Below are positions 1 to 9,889 of a DNA stretch of 64,000 nucleotides, one piece after another. Origin of the DNA: Planctomycetota bacterium (lineage in GTDB: Bacteria; Planctomycetota; GCA-002687715; CAIWVZ01). Within the stretch, counting starts at the first letter, position 1. The number at the start of each line of letters is the position of its first letter. Made by a program: the position numbers and the translations under genes. The DNA is taken from assembly GCA_044222185.1 (NCBI GenBank), contig JBGANV010000004.1, forward strand, positions 288,001-352,000. Direction: 5' to 3'. The notes under the pieces were generated by a model. It made no database searches, was not told the origin of the DNA, and saw only the letters and a list, made by a program, of their open reading frames with translations.

Positions 1-104
1 GCGTCGCCTCCGCGAGGGACGAGAGTTCTTTGGCTTCATGGCCCAACGCCGCAAACAGGCCGTCGGGTGATCGGGAGACCCTTCCCCGGGTTTCGTCCTG
101 CGCA

Positions 105-1232
105 TTGAATCAAGCGGCGCTCATCGTCCTTCTCGTGTGGGTTCTCGCGGCCCTCGTGTCTCGCGTCCTCGGCATCGGCGCGCTCCGGCGCCTCGTGCGT
201 GCGAGCGACGCGAGCGAACCATCGGAGGCGGTGCCGGGGCACTCGGTCGTGCTGGTGCGCTCCATGCACGGCGCCCCGCCGCGGTTCGGCGAGGCCTTCA
301 CGAGCCTCTGTGAGGCCGGCCGCGCCGGCGGCGCACCCGTGCTCGCCGCGTGTTCCACTGCCGCCGACGACGCGGTCGCGGCGTCACGCCTCGTCAGCCG
401 TGGCGTTCCAGGCGTCACCCTCGATCTGCGCGTCGGCACGGCGCCCTCGGGTCGCAACCCGAAGATGCGGACCCTCGTGGCCGCGACGCGGGATGATCGC
501 TCGGAGATCCTCATCCTGACCGATGCGGACGTCCGTGTGCCGGTGGACCACGTGGCTCGCCACGGAGCCGCGTTCCGCGATCCCGCAGTGGGCCTGGCCA
601 CGTGCCCCTATCGCAGCGTGCGGCATCGAAGCTTCGTGTCGCGTCTCGATGCGGCGGTCACGAACGTCCACTTCCTGCCATTCACGTGCCTCGCGGTCGA
701 ACTCGAGGGCCTCCACTTCGGATTGGGTGCGTCGATCGCCGTGCGCCGCACGGCGTTGGAGAAGGCCGGACGGTTCGAAGCGCTGGTCGACGAGCCCGCC
801 GACGACTACCGCCTCGCACGGAACGTGGAGGAGGCGGGGTTCCGCCTCGCCTGGGTGCCCCAGCTCGTGGATCACCTGCTCGAAGACGAAGGATTTCTGC
901 GCGCGGCCCGGCGCCACGTGCGGTGGAGCGGGACCGTTCGCGTGAACCGGCCGGCCGGGTACCTGGGTCTGGCGGCGACGCACGGCGTGATCCCGCTTCT
1001 CGTGAGCGCGGTCATCGATCCCTGCATCGGCGTCCTGGCGGCGGGTTTTTTCTGGGTCGCGAGCGCGCTCTGGCTGATTCCTGTCCGCCGGGCCATCGGC
1101 TTCGGCGTCCTGGATCTGTTACTCCTCCCGCTCACGGATGCCTGCGCCGCAATGGTCTGGCTGCTGGGGCTCGTCGCTCCAGCCGGAGTCCCAGGCGCGC
1201 ACCGGGCCGGGCCTCATGGTTCACGCCATTGA
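105..1232 (+). CDS. GT2/GT21 glycosyltransferase, HpnI / ceramide glucosyltransferase-like
   Basis: N-terminal TM, NPK motif, DAD motif, GASIA..R, ADDY, R..RW motif; lies next to ispH-hpnH. Start uncertain (TTG at 105 chosen over ORF start 30). Confidence 0.75.
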   Translation: MNQAALIVLLVWVLAALVSRVLGIGALRRLVRASDASEPSEAVPGHSVVLVRSMHGAPPRFGEAFTSLCEAGRAGGAPVLAACSTAADDAVAASRLVSRGVPGVTLDLRVGTAPSGRNPKMRTLVAATRDDRSEILILTDADVRVPVDHVARHGAAFRDPAVGLATCPYRSVRHRSFVSRLDAAVTNVHFLPFTCLAVELEGLHFGLGASIAVRRTALEKAGRFEALVDEPADDYRLARNVEEAGFRLAWVPQLVDHLLEDEGFLRAARRHVRWSGTVRVNRPAGYLGLAATHGVIPLLVSAVIDPCIGVLAAGFFWVASALWLIPVRRAIGFGVLDLLLLPLTDACAAMVWLLGLVAPAGVPGAHRAGPHGSRH

Positions 1233-1310
1233 GATTGCCTATCATGCCCCGCGATTTGCGCCGGCCGGAACGAGGTCGGTGGTCGAACTGACCCTGGAGC
1301 TCTGACTCGG

Positions 1311-2255
1311 ATGGAAGTGATCCTGTCGAACCCGCGTGGTTTCTGCGCTGGCGTCGTGCGCGCCATCGAGATCGTCGAGCGCGCGCTGACGATCTATGGC
1401 GCCCCCGTCTACGTGCTCCACGAGATCGTGCACAACAGACACGTGGTGGATGAGTTGCGCTCCAAGGGTGCGGTGTTCATCGAGGATCTCGACCACGTCC
1501 CGAGCGGCGCCGTCACGATCTTCAGCGCCCACGGCGTCGCCAAGGCGACCGTCGAGCGCGCCGTGAGCCGCGGCCTCCGGATCATCGACGCCACCTGCCC
1601 GCTCGTCACCAAGGTCCACCTCCAAGCCCAGAAGTACCAGCGCGACGGCCTGGAGGTCGTCATCATCGGGCACGCGGGCCACGTGGAGGTGGAGGGGACG
1701 CGCGGCCAGCTTCACGGTCCCGTGCACGTCCTGGGCACCGTCGCCGAAGTCGAGGCCCTTCACGTCCAGGATCCGGAGCGGGTGGCCTACGTCACCCAGA
1801 CGACGCTGAGCCTGGACGACACGCGCGACGTCCTCGACGCGTTGAAGCGCCGGTTCCCGCGGATCCGCGGGCCCGGGCTCGACGACATCTGCTACGCGAC
1901 CCAAAACCGGCAGAACGCCGTTCGCGAGATGGCGAAGTCGGTCAAGCTGCTGCTCGTGGTGGGTGCCCGCAACAGCTCCAACTCGAACCGACTGCGCGAG
2001 GTCGGCGAGCAGGCGGGCGTGACGTCGCACCTGATCGAGAGCGCATCCGATCTCAATCCGCAGTGGGTTCGTCCGGGGCTGCGCGTCGGCGTCACGGCCG
2101 GGGCGTCGGCTCCCGAGTTGCTCGTCCAGCAAGTGGTCGAGCGGCTGAAGACCCTGGGCTGCGACGAAGTCGTCGAGCTGGACGGCGAACGGGAAGGAAC
2201 CGTGTTTGCGCTTCCAGAGGCCGTGCTCGTTTCGCGGGGGACCGCGGGCGGCTGA
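1311..2255 (+). CDS. ispH: 4-hydroxy-3-methylbut-2-enyl diphosphate reductase
   Basis: PRGFCAGV, EIVHN, FSAHG, IDATCPLV, QTT, ICYATQNRQ, SSNS and TAGASAP motifs. Confidence 0.97.
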   Translation: MEVILSNPRGFCAGVVRAIEIVERALTIYGAPVYVLHEIVHNRHVVDELRSKGAVFIEDLDHVPSGAVTIFSAHGVAKATVERAVSRGLRIIDATCPLVTKVHLQAQKYQRDGLEVVIIGHAGHVEVEGTRGQLHGPVHVLGTVAEVEALHVQDPERVAYVTQTTLSLDDTRDVLDALKRRFPRIRGPGLDDICYATQNRQNAVREMAKSVKLLLVVGARNSSNSNRLREVGEQAGVTSHLIESASDLNPQWVRPGLRVGVTAGASAPELLVQQVVERLKTLGCDEVVELDGEREGTVFALPEAVLVSRGTAGG

Positions 2256-2284
2256 TCGCCGGAACCCGAGCGGGAGAAAGCGCC

Positions 2285-3409
2285 ATGGGCGTACCGTTGA
2301 TTCAACAGGTTCGGGTCGGGTCGTACATCGTCGGGCAGAAGCTCCGCGGCCGATCGCGGTATCCGCTCGTGCTGATGCTCGAGCCGCTGTTTCGCTGCAA
2401 CCTCGAGTGCGCCGGCTGCGGCAAGATCGCCTACCCGGACGAGATCCTGAACCGCCGGCTCAGCGTTGCCGAGTGCCTTCAGGCCGTCGATGAGTGCGGC
2501 GCCCCGATCGTGTCGATCCCGGGCGGCGAACCGTTGCTGCACCCCGAGATGCCCGCCATCGTCGCAGGCATCGTCGAGCGGAAGAAGTTCGTCTACCTCT
2601 GCACGAACGCCCTCCTCCTCGAGAAACACATCGATCGCTACACGCCGTCCAAGTACCTGACGTTCTCGATCCACCTCGACGGCTTGAAGGAAGAGCACGA
2701 TCACGCTGTCTGCCAGGACGGAGTGTTCGACATCGCGGTGCGCGCCGTGAAGATCGCCCGAGACAAGGGATTCCGCGTCACGGCCAACTGCACGCTGTTC
2801 AACGACGCCGATCCGGATCGCATGGCGCAGTTCATGGACTTCGCCATGGACCTGGGCGTCGAGGGCGTGACGGTGTCGCCCGGCTTCAACTACGAACGTG
2901 CGCCCAAGCGCGACGTCTTCCTGAAGCGCAACAAGAGCAAGCAGCTCTTCCGCGACCTCTTCGCCCGCGGCCGCGGCAAGAAGTGGCGGTTCAACCAGTC
3001 CAGTCTCTTCCTCGACTTCCTCGCCGGCAACCAGTCGTATGCGTGCACGCCGTGGGGCAACCCCACCCGCAACGTCTTCGGCTGGCAGAAGCCGTGCTAC
3101 CTGCTCGTGGGCGAGGGCTACGCTCCGACGTTCAAGGCGCTGATGGAGGAGACGGCCTGGGACAACTACGGCGTGGGCAAGCACGAGAAGTGCTCCCAGT
3201 GCCAGGTCCACTGCGGATTCGAGCCGACGGCCGTGAACGACACGTTCGCGCACCCGCTGAAGGCGCTGCGCGTCTTCCTGCGAGGACCGCGCACGTCGGG
3301 GCCGTTCGCGCGCGATCTGGCCGACGACGGCCCCGCAGCGTTGGAAGATGCACGCTCGGCGCCTTCCGTCACCGTGACGCGCATCGCCGAGCAGGGGCAG
3401 CCGGTCTGA
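2285..3409 (+). CDS. hpnH: Adenosyl-hopene transferase, radical SAM
   Basis: YPLVLMLEPLFRCNLECAGCGKI (CX3CX2C), CTPWGNPTRNVFGWQKPCYL, C-terminal CSQCQVHCGFE; GGAGA RBS before the ATG. Confidence 0.93.
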   Translation: MGVPLIQQVRVGSYIVGQKLRGRSRYPLVLMLEPLFRCNLECAGCGKIAYPDEILNRRLSVAECLQAVDECGAPIVSIPGGEPLLHPEMPAIVAGIVERKKFVYLCTNALLLEKHIDRYTPSKYLTFSIHLDGLKEEHDHAVCQDGVFDIAVRAVKIARDKGFRVTANCTLFNDADPDRMAQFMDFAMDLGVEGVTVSPGFNYERAPKRDVFLKRNKSKQLFRDLFARGRGKKWRFNQSSLFLDFLAGNQSYACTPWGNPTRNVFGWQKPCYLLVGEGYAPTFKALMEETAWDNYGVGKHEKCSQCQVHCGFEPTAVNDTFAHPLKALRVFLRGPRTSGPFARDLADDGPAALEDARSAPSVTVTRIAEQGQPV

Positions 3410-3449
3410 CGGCGCGCGATTCGCGGACCGTGTCCAGCCCGGCGTCTCG

Positions 3450-4235
3450 ATGATCGGCGAACTGCTGCATTCGGTCGTCCACCGGCCGTACACGTTCCTC
3501 CTTTTCGCCGCGTACGTCGTCATCGCCGTTCGCAGGCTCGGCTGGCGGCGCGTCGCCGTGATGACGCCGGTCGGCTACGTCATCGCCTGGGCGTCCGAGT
3601 GCTGCTCGATCAACACCGGGTTCCCCTACGGCCCGTACCGCTACCTCGACGACGGGCTGCGCGGCGAACTGCGCGTCGCCGGGGTGCCTTTCTTCGATTC
3701 CCTGTCGTACACGTTCCTCGCGTACTTCGGGTGGGGATTCGCCGCCCTCCTTCTGTGCCCGATGGGGCGTGACGCGCGGGACGGCATCGTCCTGCGCGAA
3801 CCGCTCGAGGCGCGGCGAAGTGTTCGCGTCGGTCTTCTCGGCACGTTGCTCATGACGCTTCTCGACGTCGCCGTGGATCCGGCGGCCGCCCGCGGTGACC
3901 GCTGGTTCCTCGGACGCATCTTCGAGTACGGGTCTCCGGGCGGCTGGTTCGGCGTGCCGCTCTCGAACTTCGGCGGCTGGTTGTTGACCGGCGGCCTGAT
4001 CATCCTGGCCTATCAGCGCATCGACGCGTGGTTCGGGCCGGCGCCCAAACCGGGCAGGGGGCTGCGCCACGAGGCCTTCCACCCCGTGTTCCTCTACTTC
4101 TGCGTCGTCGCGTTCGCCGTGACGGTGTCGGCATGGATCGGCGAGCCGCTCCTCGCGGGCGCGAGCCTGATCGTTCATGCTCCCTTGCTTGCGTGGGCGC
4201 TGATCCGGCTTTCGCAAGCGCGTTTGGTTTCCTGA
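3450..4235 (+). CDS. DUF422 / CruF-like membrane protein (carotenoid hydratase family)
   Basis: SE..SI.TGFPYG.Y.Y, GVP, LDVAVDP and FGVPLSNFGGW motifs; multiple TM helices. Confidence 0.8.
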   Translation: MIGELLHSVVHRPYTFLLFAAYVVIAVRRLGWRRVAVMTPVGYVIAWASECCSINTGFPYGPYRYLDDGLRGELRVAGVPFFDSLSYTFLAYFGWGFAALLLCPMGRDARDGIVLREPLEARRSVRVGLLGTLLMTLLDVAVDPAAARGDRWFLGRIFEYGSPGGWFGVPLSNFGGWLLTGGLIILAYQRIDAWFGPAPKPGRGLRHEAFHPVFLYFCVVAFAVTVSAWIGEPLLAGASLIVHAPLLAWALIRLSQARLVS

Positions 4236-4283
4236 ATTCCCTCAGACGATCCGCGTCGTCGCGCCTTAATCTGGCTGACGATC

Positions 4284-7214
4284 ATGGAACGCACGCTCGA
4301 AGTCGACACGCTGTTCGAGAACGCGGATTGGATCCGCGATCTCGTTCGGCGCCTCGTCCGCGACCAGGGCGACGTCGACGATGTGGTCCAGCAGACCTGG
4401 ATGGCGGCGTTGCGGTCGCCGCCGAAGACGCTGGATTCGCCGCGCGGCTGGCTCACGCAGGTCGCGCGGAGGTTTGCGTGGCAGATCGGGCGGCGCGACG
4501 GCGCGCGGCGCGCCGCCGAGACGGCCGTCGCACGTCCCGAGGTCGTCGTTCCGACGGCGGCCCAGCGCCTCGAACTGCACCGAAGGCTCGTGGATGCCGT
4601 CGGAGCACTCGACGAGACCTACCAGACCGTGGTCGTCCTGCGCTACTTCGAGGGGCTCCCGCCGCGCGAGATCGCGCGCCGCCTCGCGCTGCCGGCGACG
4701 ACGGTGCGGAACCGCCTGAGTCGGGCCCTCGATCAACTCCGCCAGCGCCTCGACGACCGGTTCGACGGCAGGGTGCGCTGGTGCCTGGCGCTGATGCCGC
4801 TCGCGCTCGGCGGGCGGCGGGGCGTGGGGGTCTCGGTTGTCGCTGCGGCAGTGGTGCTGTTCGTGGGGGTGGTGTCGTGGAGCACGTTCCGATCAGGCGC
4901 AGTCGACACGCTCCGCGCCGTGGGACGGCCCGCCAGCGAGACCTCCGGTCCGGTCGCGCGAGGCCCCGCAGCCGTTGGAGTGAAGCCGCCCCTGCAGGCC
5001 GCGGACGCCGCCCTTGCATCGGTACGCGGCGGCGCGTCTCGGCCGGCGTTGGTCGGGTTCGTCGTCGCAGATGACGTGGCCGTGAGCGGCGCACGCGTCG
5101 AAGCGTACGCCGTGGAGGCATCACCCGCGTCGCGTGCCGACGTCATGGCGCGTACCGAGCGCCGAGACGTCGGCGAGCCACCGGTGGAGGTCACGACGAC
5201 GGACGCCGCTGGTCGTTGGGAGTTCGTGGGCCTCGGGACGTCGCCCTGCAGGATCGAGGTCAAGGCCGCGGGGTTCGCCCGGGCGACCGTGGCGTCGTGG
5301 AGTGGGGGAGACGCGGTCCTTTCGGTCACGCTGCACCGAGCCGGCGTCTTCGAGGGCGTGGTCATCGATCCGGACGGCGATCCGGTCGTGGGCGCGACCG
5401 TCGATGCGATCTCGGGAATCGAGGCAGGCGTCGAGCTGGAGCGCCCACGCACGACGCGGACGGTCACGGCGCGAGATGGGACGTTCTCCGTCGACGTGGA
5501 GCCGCTGGTCGAACGCGTCGGCTGGGGCGCGTGGTGGCTCGATCGCCTTCGCTTCGAGCCCGATCTGCGCGAGATGCGGCTCACGATCCGGCACGGGGCC
5601 TTCGCGTCGCTCGTCCAGGTGCCCTGCATCGGGCGGCGTCGGGACGACGGACGTGTCGTCTTCGAACTGCGGCCGCCCCGCCCCACGGTCGTGCGCGTGC
5701 AGGCGCCCGCGGGCTGCGCCCTGCTGCTCGGCGTCCGCGTCTTCCTGCGACTTCCCGGCCGGCACTACGACGCCATCAGATTCCTCGACGCGTCGGGCGC
5801 GGCCACCTTCGCCGACGCGCCGGACGGCGCCGACGCGTTCGTTGCCATCGACGCCGTGGAGTGGCGTCTTTCGGACGGCGATGGTGACGCTCGCGGCTCC
5901 GAGCTTCGCCGCAAGACGATCGTCCCGGGTCCGGGCGGAGCCTTCATCACGGTCGCGATCGAGCATGCCCCTCGCCTGTCGGTTCGGGTCGCTGGTCCGG
6001 ACGGAGTGCCGGTCCCGGATCTGTCCGTGGAAGTCGCACGTGCGGCGGGCCCCCGCGACGCGCACGTCGCGTGGACGCGGCTGCGGACGGACGCGGACGG
6101 TCGCGCGTCGATCGCGTACGCGCCGCTCGCGGATGCGCGCGTGCGCGTGGCCCCCGGGCAGGCGTGGTGTGGTCTCGCGGACGAATCCTTGCCGGTGGAT
6201 GAACCGCAGGCGGGCGCTCGCGAGGCGGCCGTTCGCCAGGATCCCGCGGATCCCGGAGCGCGGGTCGTGCGGTCCGGTCTCGTCGAACCCGTGCTGATCC
6301 GCGTGGCCCGAAGCGCCACGATCTGCGGGCAACTCGTCGATGGCGACGGGCGGCCCGTGGGCGGACTCGCGTTCGAATGCGTGCCACCAGGGATGGCGGG
6401 TGTGACGGACGCTGGTGGCCTCTTCCGCGTGGCGGGCGTCCCATCGCGCGTCGCGCTGCGGTTGCGGTCGCGAGGTGCGGCGGGGGATCTCTCGCTCGAC
6501 GTGGGCTCCGTCGCCGCCGGTGAGTCGATCGACCTGGGAACGCGTGTGCTTGCGACGGCGCGACCGTTCACCGTTCGCGTCGAGAGTGCCGCGGGGGATC
6601 CGGTCGCGGGGTTGCGGGTCGATTGGTTCGCCGGGTCGGACCTCGTGCCGCACCGTGCGCGCCGGTTGGCGCAGGCGGTGACGGATGCCACGGGCACGGC
6701 TCGCGCGTTCGCGTTGCCGTCGGGCCCGTCTAGCGTCTTCGTGGAAGATCCGTGGATGCGTGGCCTCGCGTTGCCCCGGGACTTCGATCCCGTCGTCACG
6801 TTCGACGCCGGCTCCGGGACCGAGCGCGTCATCCGACTGGCACCGCTCACGGTCGTTCGCGGGATCGTCGAGGACGACGACGCCAGGCCGGTCGGCGGCG
6901 CGTGGGTCGTGGTCGCGCCCGTCGAGCCCGATCCGTCCGACGTGGCGTTCTGGTCGCGCCTGCTCAAGCTCCCTCCCGATGCCGATCCACTGCGGCTTCA
7001 TCCGTCACTTCGCGCGGCGGCCGGCGCGTGTGCCGGTCGCACGTCCCTGGACGGCGAGTTCTCCATACCCGTGGATGGCTCGAGGCCTTATGGCGTCGTG
7101 CGGGTGATGGAGCGGTCGCACGGCGTTGCCAGGGACACCGCGTCGGCGGTCGTCCTCGACGCTCCGCGGCTCGACCCCGGCGGCGTCCCCGTTCGCATCC
7201 GCATGCGTCGTTGA
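4284..7214 (+). CDS. ECF sigma factor with TM helix and long extracytoplasmic carboxypeptidase-regulatory-like repeats
   Basis: Sigma r2 (DDVVQQTW...RGWL) and r4 (LRYFEGL..REIA..L....TVRNRLSRAL), a hydrophobic stretch, then repeated 'G.V.D.DG.PV.GA.V / TTDA.G.F' beta-sandwich motifs. Confidence 0.85.
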   Translation: MERTLEVDTLFENADWIRDLVRRLVRDQGDVDDVVQQTWMAALRSPPKTLDSPRGWLTQVARRFAWQIGRRDGARRAAETAVARPEVVVPTAAQRLELHRRLVDAVGALDETYQTVVVLRYFEGLPPREIARRLALPATTVRNRLSRALDQLRQRLDDRFDGRVRWCLALMPLALGGRRGVGVSVVAAAVVLFVGVVSWSTFRSGAVDTLRAVGRPASETSGPVARGPAAVGVKPPLQAADAALASVRGGASRPALVGFVVADDVAVSGARVEAYAVEASPASRADVMARTERRDVGEPPVEVTTTDAAGRWEFVGLGTSPCRIEVKAAGFARATVASWSGGDAVLSVTLHRAGVFEGVVIDPDGDPVVGATVDAISGIEAGVELERPRTTRTVTARDGTFSVDVEPLVERVGWGAWWLDRLRFEPDLREMRLTIRHGAFASLVQVPCIGRRRDDGRVVFELRPPRPTVVRVQAPAGCALLLGVRVFLRLPGRHYDAIRFLDASGAATFADAPDGADAFVAIDAVEWRLSDGDGDARGSELRRKTIVPGPGGAFITVAIEHAPRLSVRVAGPDGVPVPDLSVEVARAAGPRDAHVAWTRLRTDADGRASIAYAPLADARVRVAPGQAWCGLADESLPVDEPQAGAREAAVRQDPADPGARVVRSGLVEPVLIRVARSATICGQLVDGDGRPVGGLAFECVPPGMAGVTDAGGLFRVAGVPSRVALRLRSRGAAGDLSLDVGSVAAGESIDLGTRVLATARPFTVRVESAAGDPVAGLRVDWFAGSDLVPHRARRLAQAVTDATGTARAFALPSGPSSVFVEDPWMRGLALPRDFDPVVTFDAGSGTERVIRLAPLTVVRGIVEDDDARPVGGAWVVVAPVEPDPSDVAFWSRLLKLPPDADPLRLHPSLRAAAGACAGRTSLDGEFSIPVDGSRPYGVVRVMERSHGVARDTASAVVLDAPRLDPGGVPVRIRMRR

Positions 7215-7258
7215 CCTCACATCCCAGCGCTCATGGGCCAAATCTCGGAGGTTCGTTC

Positions 7259-8752
7259 ATGGATCGAAGTCCGTTCGTCCTGTTTGCCATCGTGGCATCT
7301 CTCGCGGCGCAAGATCCTTTTGGAGTCGCGACGCCGGCACCTTCGGGGGTTCTGCCCGGCCTCGCCGTCGGTGCGCCCTTCATGGGCAACGCGGCTTTCG
7401 CGTACAGGCTGACTCGCGGCCCCGCGGGCGGCGACGCCGCCGTGTTGATCTCGCTCGCGCCCGCAACGCTGACGTTCGGGGCGCTCGCCGTGAACGTGGA
7501 CATCAATCCGCAGAACGTCGTGGTCCTCTTGCAGGGCGGTCTGGTCGGGACGACGGCCACGGACGCAGAGGTCACGTTCCCGATCCCGTTGACGTTCCCC
7601 GTGACGCCGTCCCTCGCAGGGTTGCGGACCTATGCACAGGGCTTCGTGGCGGATCCGGCGGCGCCGGGCGTGCTCGGGGCCACGCTCGGCGTGAATGTCG
7701 AGTTGACGATGCCCGCGGCGATCTACGCCGCGGGGTCGGCGCCGGCCGCAGCTGACCCGTTCGCACTCGTGGATCCGCAAAGCGGCGCGCTCGTCGTCGT
7801 GTCGGCGACGTCGCTCGTCGATCTCCCGTCCGGGGCGCAGTTCATCGAGGGTGGGCAGGCGGTGCTCGGGAGCAGCGTCAACTCACGCCTCGTCGCGCGC
7901 GGCACGATCAACGGCGCGAGCGTCGCGTGGACGCCGCTGTTTTCGTCCGCGAACCCGTGCCTCGGTGTCGGCTACGACCCCACGTTCCGACTCGCGTACA
8001 CGCTCACGGGACCGACCGCATCCACCCGCGAGCTGGTCGTCGTCGACGCCAATCCGGCGAGCCCGACGCACGGCGCGGTGCTCGGATCGACGACGGGACT
8101 CGCCGGCGCGTTCACCGTCGAGCGGTGGTCGATGTCCCGCAGTGGAAAGCTCGCGGCCGTGCCCGCACTCTACGGCGGCGGCAATCCGCTGCGCATCGTC
8201 GACACCGATCCCACGAGCGGGACGTTCCTCCAGGTGGTGGCGTCGGCGCCCATGCCGTCACTCGTGGGCACGCTTCCCACGGGCGACGACGCCGGGTTCT
8301 CCGTCAACGACGCCTGGGTGTTCGTCCTCGTGGGGAATGCGACGTCCACGCAGGCCGTGGGGATCTTCGATCGTGCCACGTCGAGCTGGGTCGATCATGC
8401 GCCCGCCGTGGCTGGCATTCAGCACGCGACGCTGCCGGGCAACAATCCCAAGCGCATGGCCGTGGCGCGCGATGGTCGTTTCCTCGTGGTCGTCGGTGGA
8501 TCCGCAGGTAGTGGGTTCGCCGCACGCATGGATTTCGACGTCACGCAGCCGGGACAGGTGTCCTGGACGCCGTACCCGCTGGCTCGAATCGTCGCCGATG
8601 GTGCGACCTCCGTCGACGTGTCCCCCGATGGCGATCGCATCGCCGTCGGAACGACCACCGGCCACGTCGTCATCGCCGACGTGACGAGCGGCGCGCTCGT
8701 TCACGACGTGGCTGCGATGGGCTCGGGCGTCACGATCCTGCGTTGGATGTGA
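7259..8752 (+). CDS. Secreted hypothetical protein with C-terminal beta-propeller
   Basis: GGAGG RBS, signal peptide (..ASLAAQ), SPDG/SRSG propeller-blade motifs. Confidence 0.65.
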   Translation: MDRSPFVLFAIVASLAAQDPFGVATPAPSGVLPGLAVGAPFMGNAAFAYRLTRGPAGGDAAVLISLAPATLTFGALAVNVDINPQNVVVLLQGGLVGTTATDAEVTFPIPLTFPVTPSLAGLRTYAQGFVADPAAPGVLGATLGVNVELTMPAAIYAAGSAPAAADPFALVDPQSGALVVVSATSLVDLPSGAQFIEGGQAVLGSSVNSRLVARGTINGASVAWTPLFSSANPCLGVGYDPTFRLAYTLTGPTASTRELVVVDANPASPTHGAVLGSTTGLAGAFTVERWSMSRSGKLAAVPALYGGGNPLRIVDTDPTSGTFLQVVASAPMPSLVGTLPTGDDAGFSVNDAWVFVLVGNATSTQAVGIFDRATSSWVDHAPAVAGIQHATLPGNNPKRMAVARDGRFLVVVGGSAGSGFAARMDFDVTQPGQVSWTPYPLARIVADGATSVDVSPDGDRIAVGTTTGHVVIADVTSGALVHDVAAMGSGVTILRWM

Positions 8753-8762
8753 CGCGCGATCG

Positions 8763-9455
8763 TCAGTTCGCGTCGGGTTTGGGGAGCGGGATGTCGTCGA
8801 AGACCGTGCCCGGAAGCGCGGTCTTCAGCCGTTCGAGGGCGCGGAAATAGCGTACGGCGGCAGCACCGGGAGTGAGGCCCAACAGCTCGGCGGCCTCGGT
8901 GTTCTGCCGCTGCTCGATGGCGCGGAGGACGATGATCTCCTTGTCGGCCGGGGCGAGGCTCTCGAGGGCTTTCGTCACGGCGTCGCGCTGCTCGCGCCGC
9001 ATGGCTTGCGACACGACGCCGGGCACGTCGTCGGCGAGCTGATCGAGGGTCGACTTGCCACCCGATTCGCTGTCCGGCAATTCGGTCTTCGGCTTCCCCT
9101 TCACGTGCTTCTGCACGAGCGTGCTCACGCGGAACTTCACTGCCGTGCTGAGGAACTTGAGCACGACGGGCGTCATGCGCCCGTTGCGAACCGGGAGGTC
9201 CTTCAGCTTCGGGAGCGCAACGCCCCATACGTCGTTCACGATGTCGTCCGGGTCGTGGAGTCGCCGCAGGTCGGGCCCGATGCGGTACTCGGCCTGAACC
9301 CTCAGGAGGGGCGAGAACCTCTTCACGATCCAGTCGAGTTCGTCGCGGTCGCCCCCAACCGCGCGGCGGACGTGGATGGTCGTCGCGTCCGGCGGCGTGT
9401 CGTCCTTGCCCTCGCGACGACGGAAGGGCTCGGGGGTGGATGACGGGGTCGACAT
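8763..9455 (-). CDS. ECF RNA polymerase sigma factor
   Basis: 'T..HVRRA.GGD', DPDDIVNDVW, and r4 'EIIVLRAIEQ...EAAELLG....AAVRYFRALERL'. Start 9455 or 9464. Confidence 0.85.
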   Translation of the reverse strand: MSTPSSTPEPFRRREGKDDTPPDATTIHVRRAVGGDRDELDWIVKRFSPLLRVQAEYRIGPDLRRLHDPDDIVNDVWGVALPKLKDLPVRNGRMTPVVLKFLSTAVKFRVSTLVQKHVKGKPKTELPDSESGGKSTLDQLADDVPGVVSQAMRREQRDAVTKALESLAPADKEIIVLRAIEQRQNTEAAELLGLTPGAAAVRYFRALERLKTALPGTVFDDIPLPKPDAN

Positions 9456-9508
9456 GCGCGGCATCGTAACCGCGCGTTCGTCGGGGTGTGGCCAAACACC
9501 GCGGAAAA

Positions 9509-9761
9509 GGCGCCACGAAGCGCCGCGTTCCCCGCGGCCGGACGGCAGGGCTCCGGCCTTGCCTCGAACGTCGGTGGCGATCGATCGTGCGTGGCTGGTC
9601 GACGGGGCGAGCTGGTCCGACCCCCAAGCCGTCCCGAGCCCGTGCCGCCGACCCGGTGAGAACCTGGCGCCACGGAGCGCCGCGTTCCACGCGGCCGGAC
9701 GGCAAGGCTCCAGCCTTGCCTCGCACGTCGGTGGAAATCGATCGCGTGAGGCCGGTTGATG
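9509..9761. repeat. Two imperfect ~95-bp direct repeats (period 157 bp), each containing a REP-like palindrome
   Basis: 9509-~9604 vs 9666-~9761; internal palindrome GGCARGGC-TCCR-GCCTTGCC at 9544-9563 and 9701-9720. Confidence 0.85.
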
Positions 9762-9889
9762 AGGAATGCAGACCCGAAAGCCAATCAGGCCCCGCTCCAT
9801 GCCCCCCCCCAACCGGGCCGAACGTCGCACTTCGGCCGGTCTTGTTGCCTCCGCCCCGCGCGCGCCATACTCGGCCGGAGGCGAATGTC

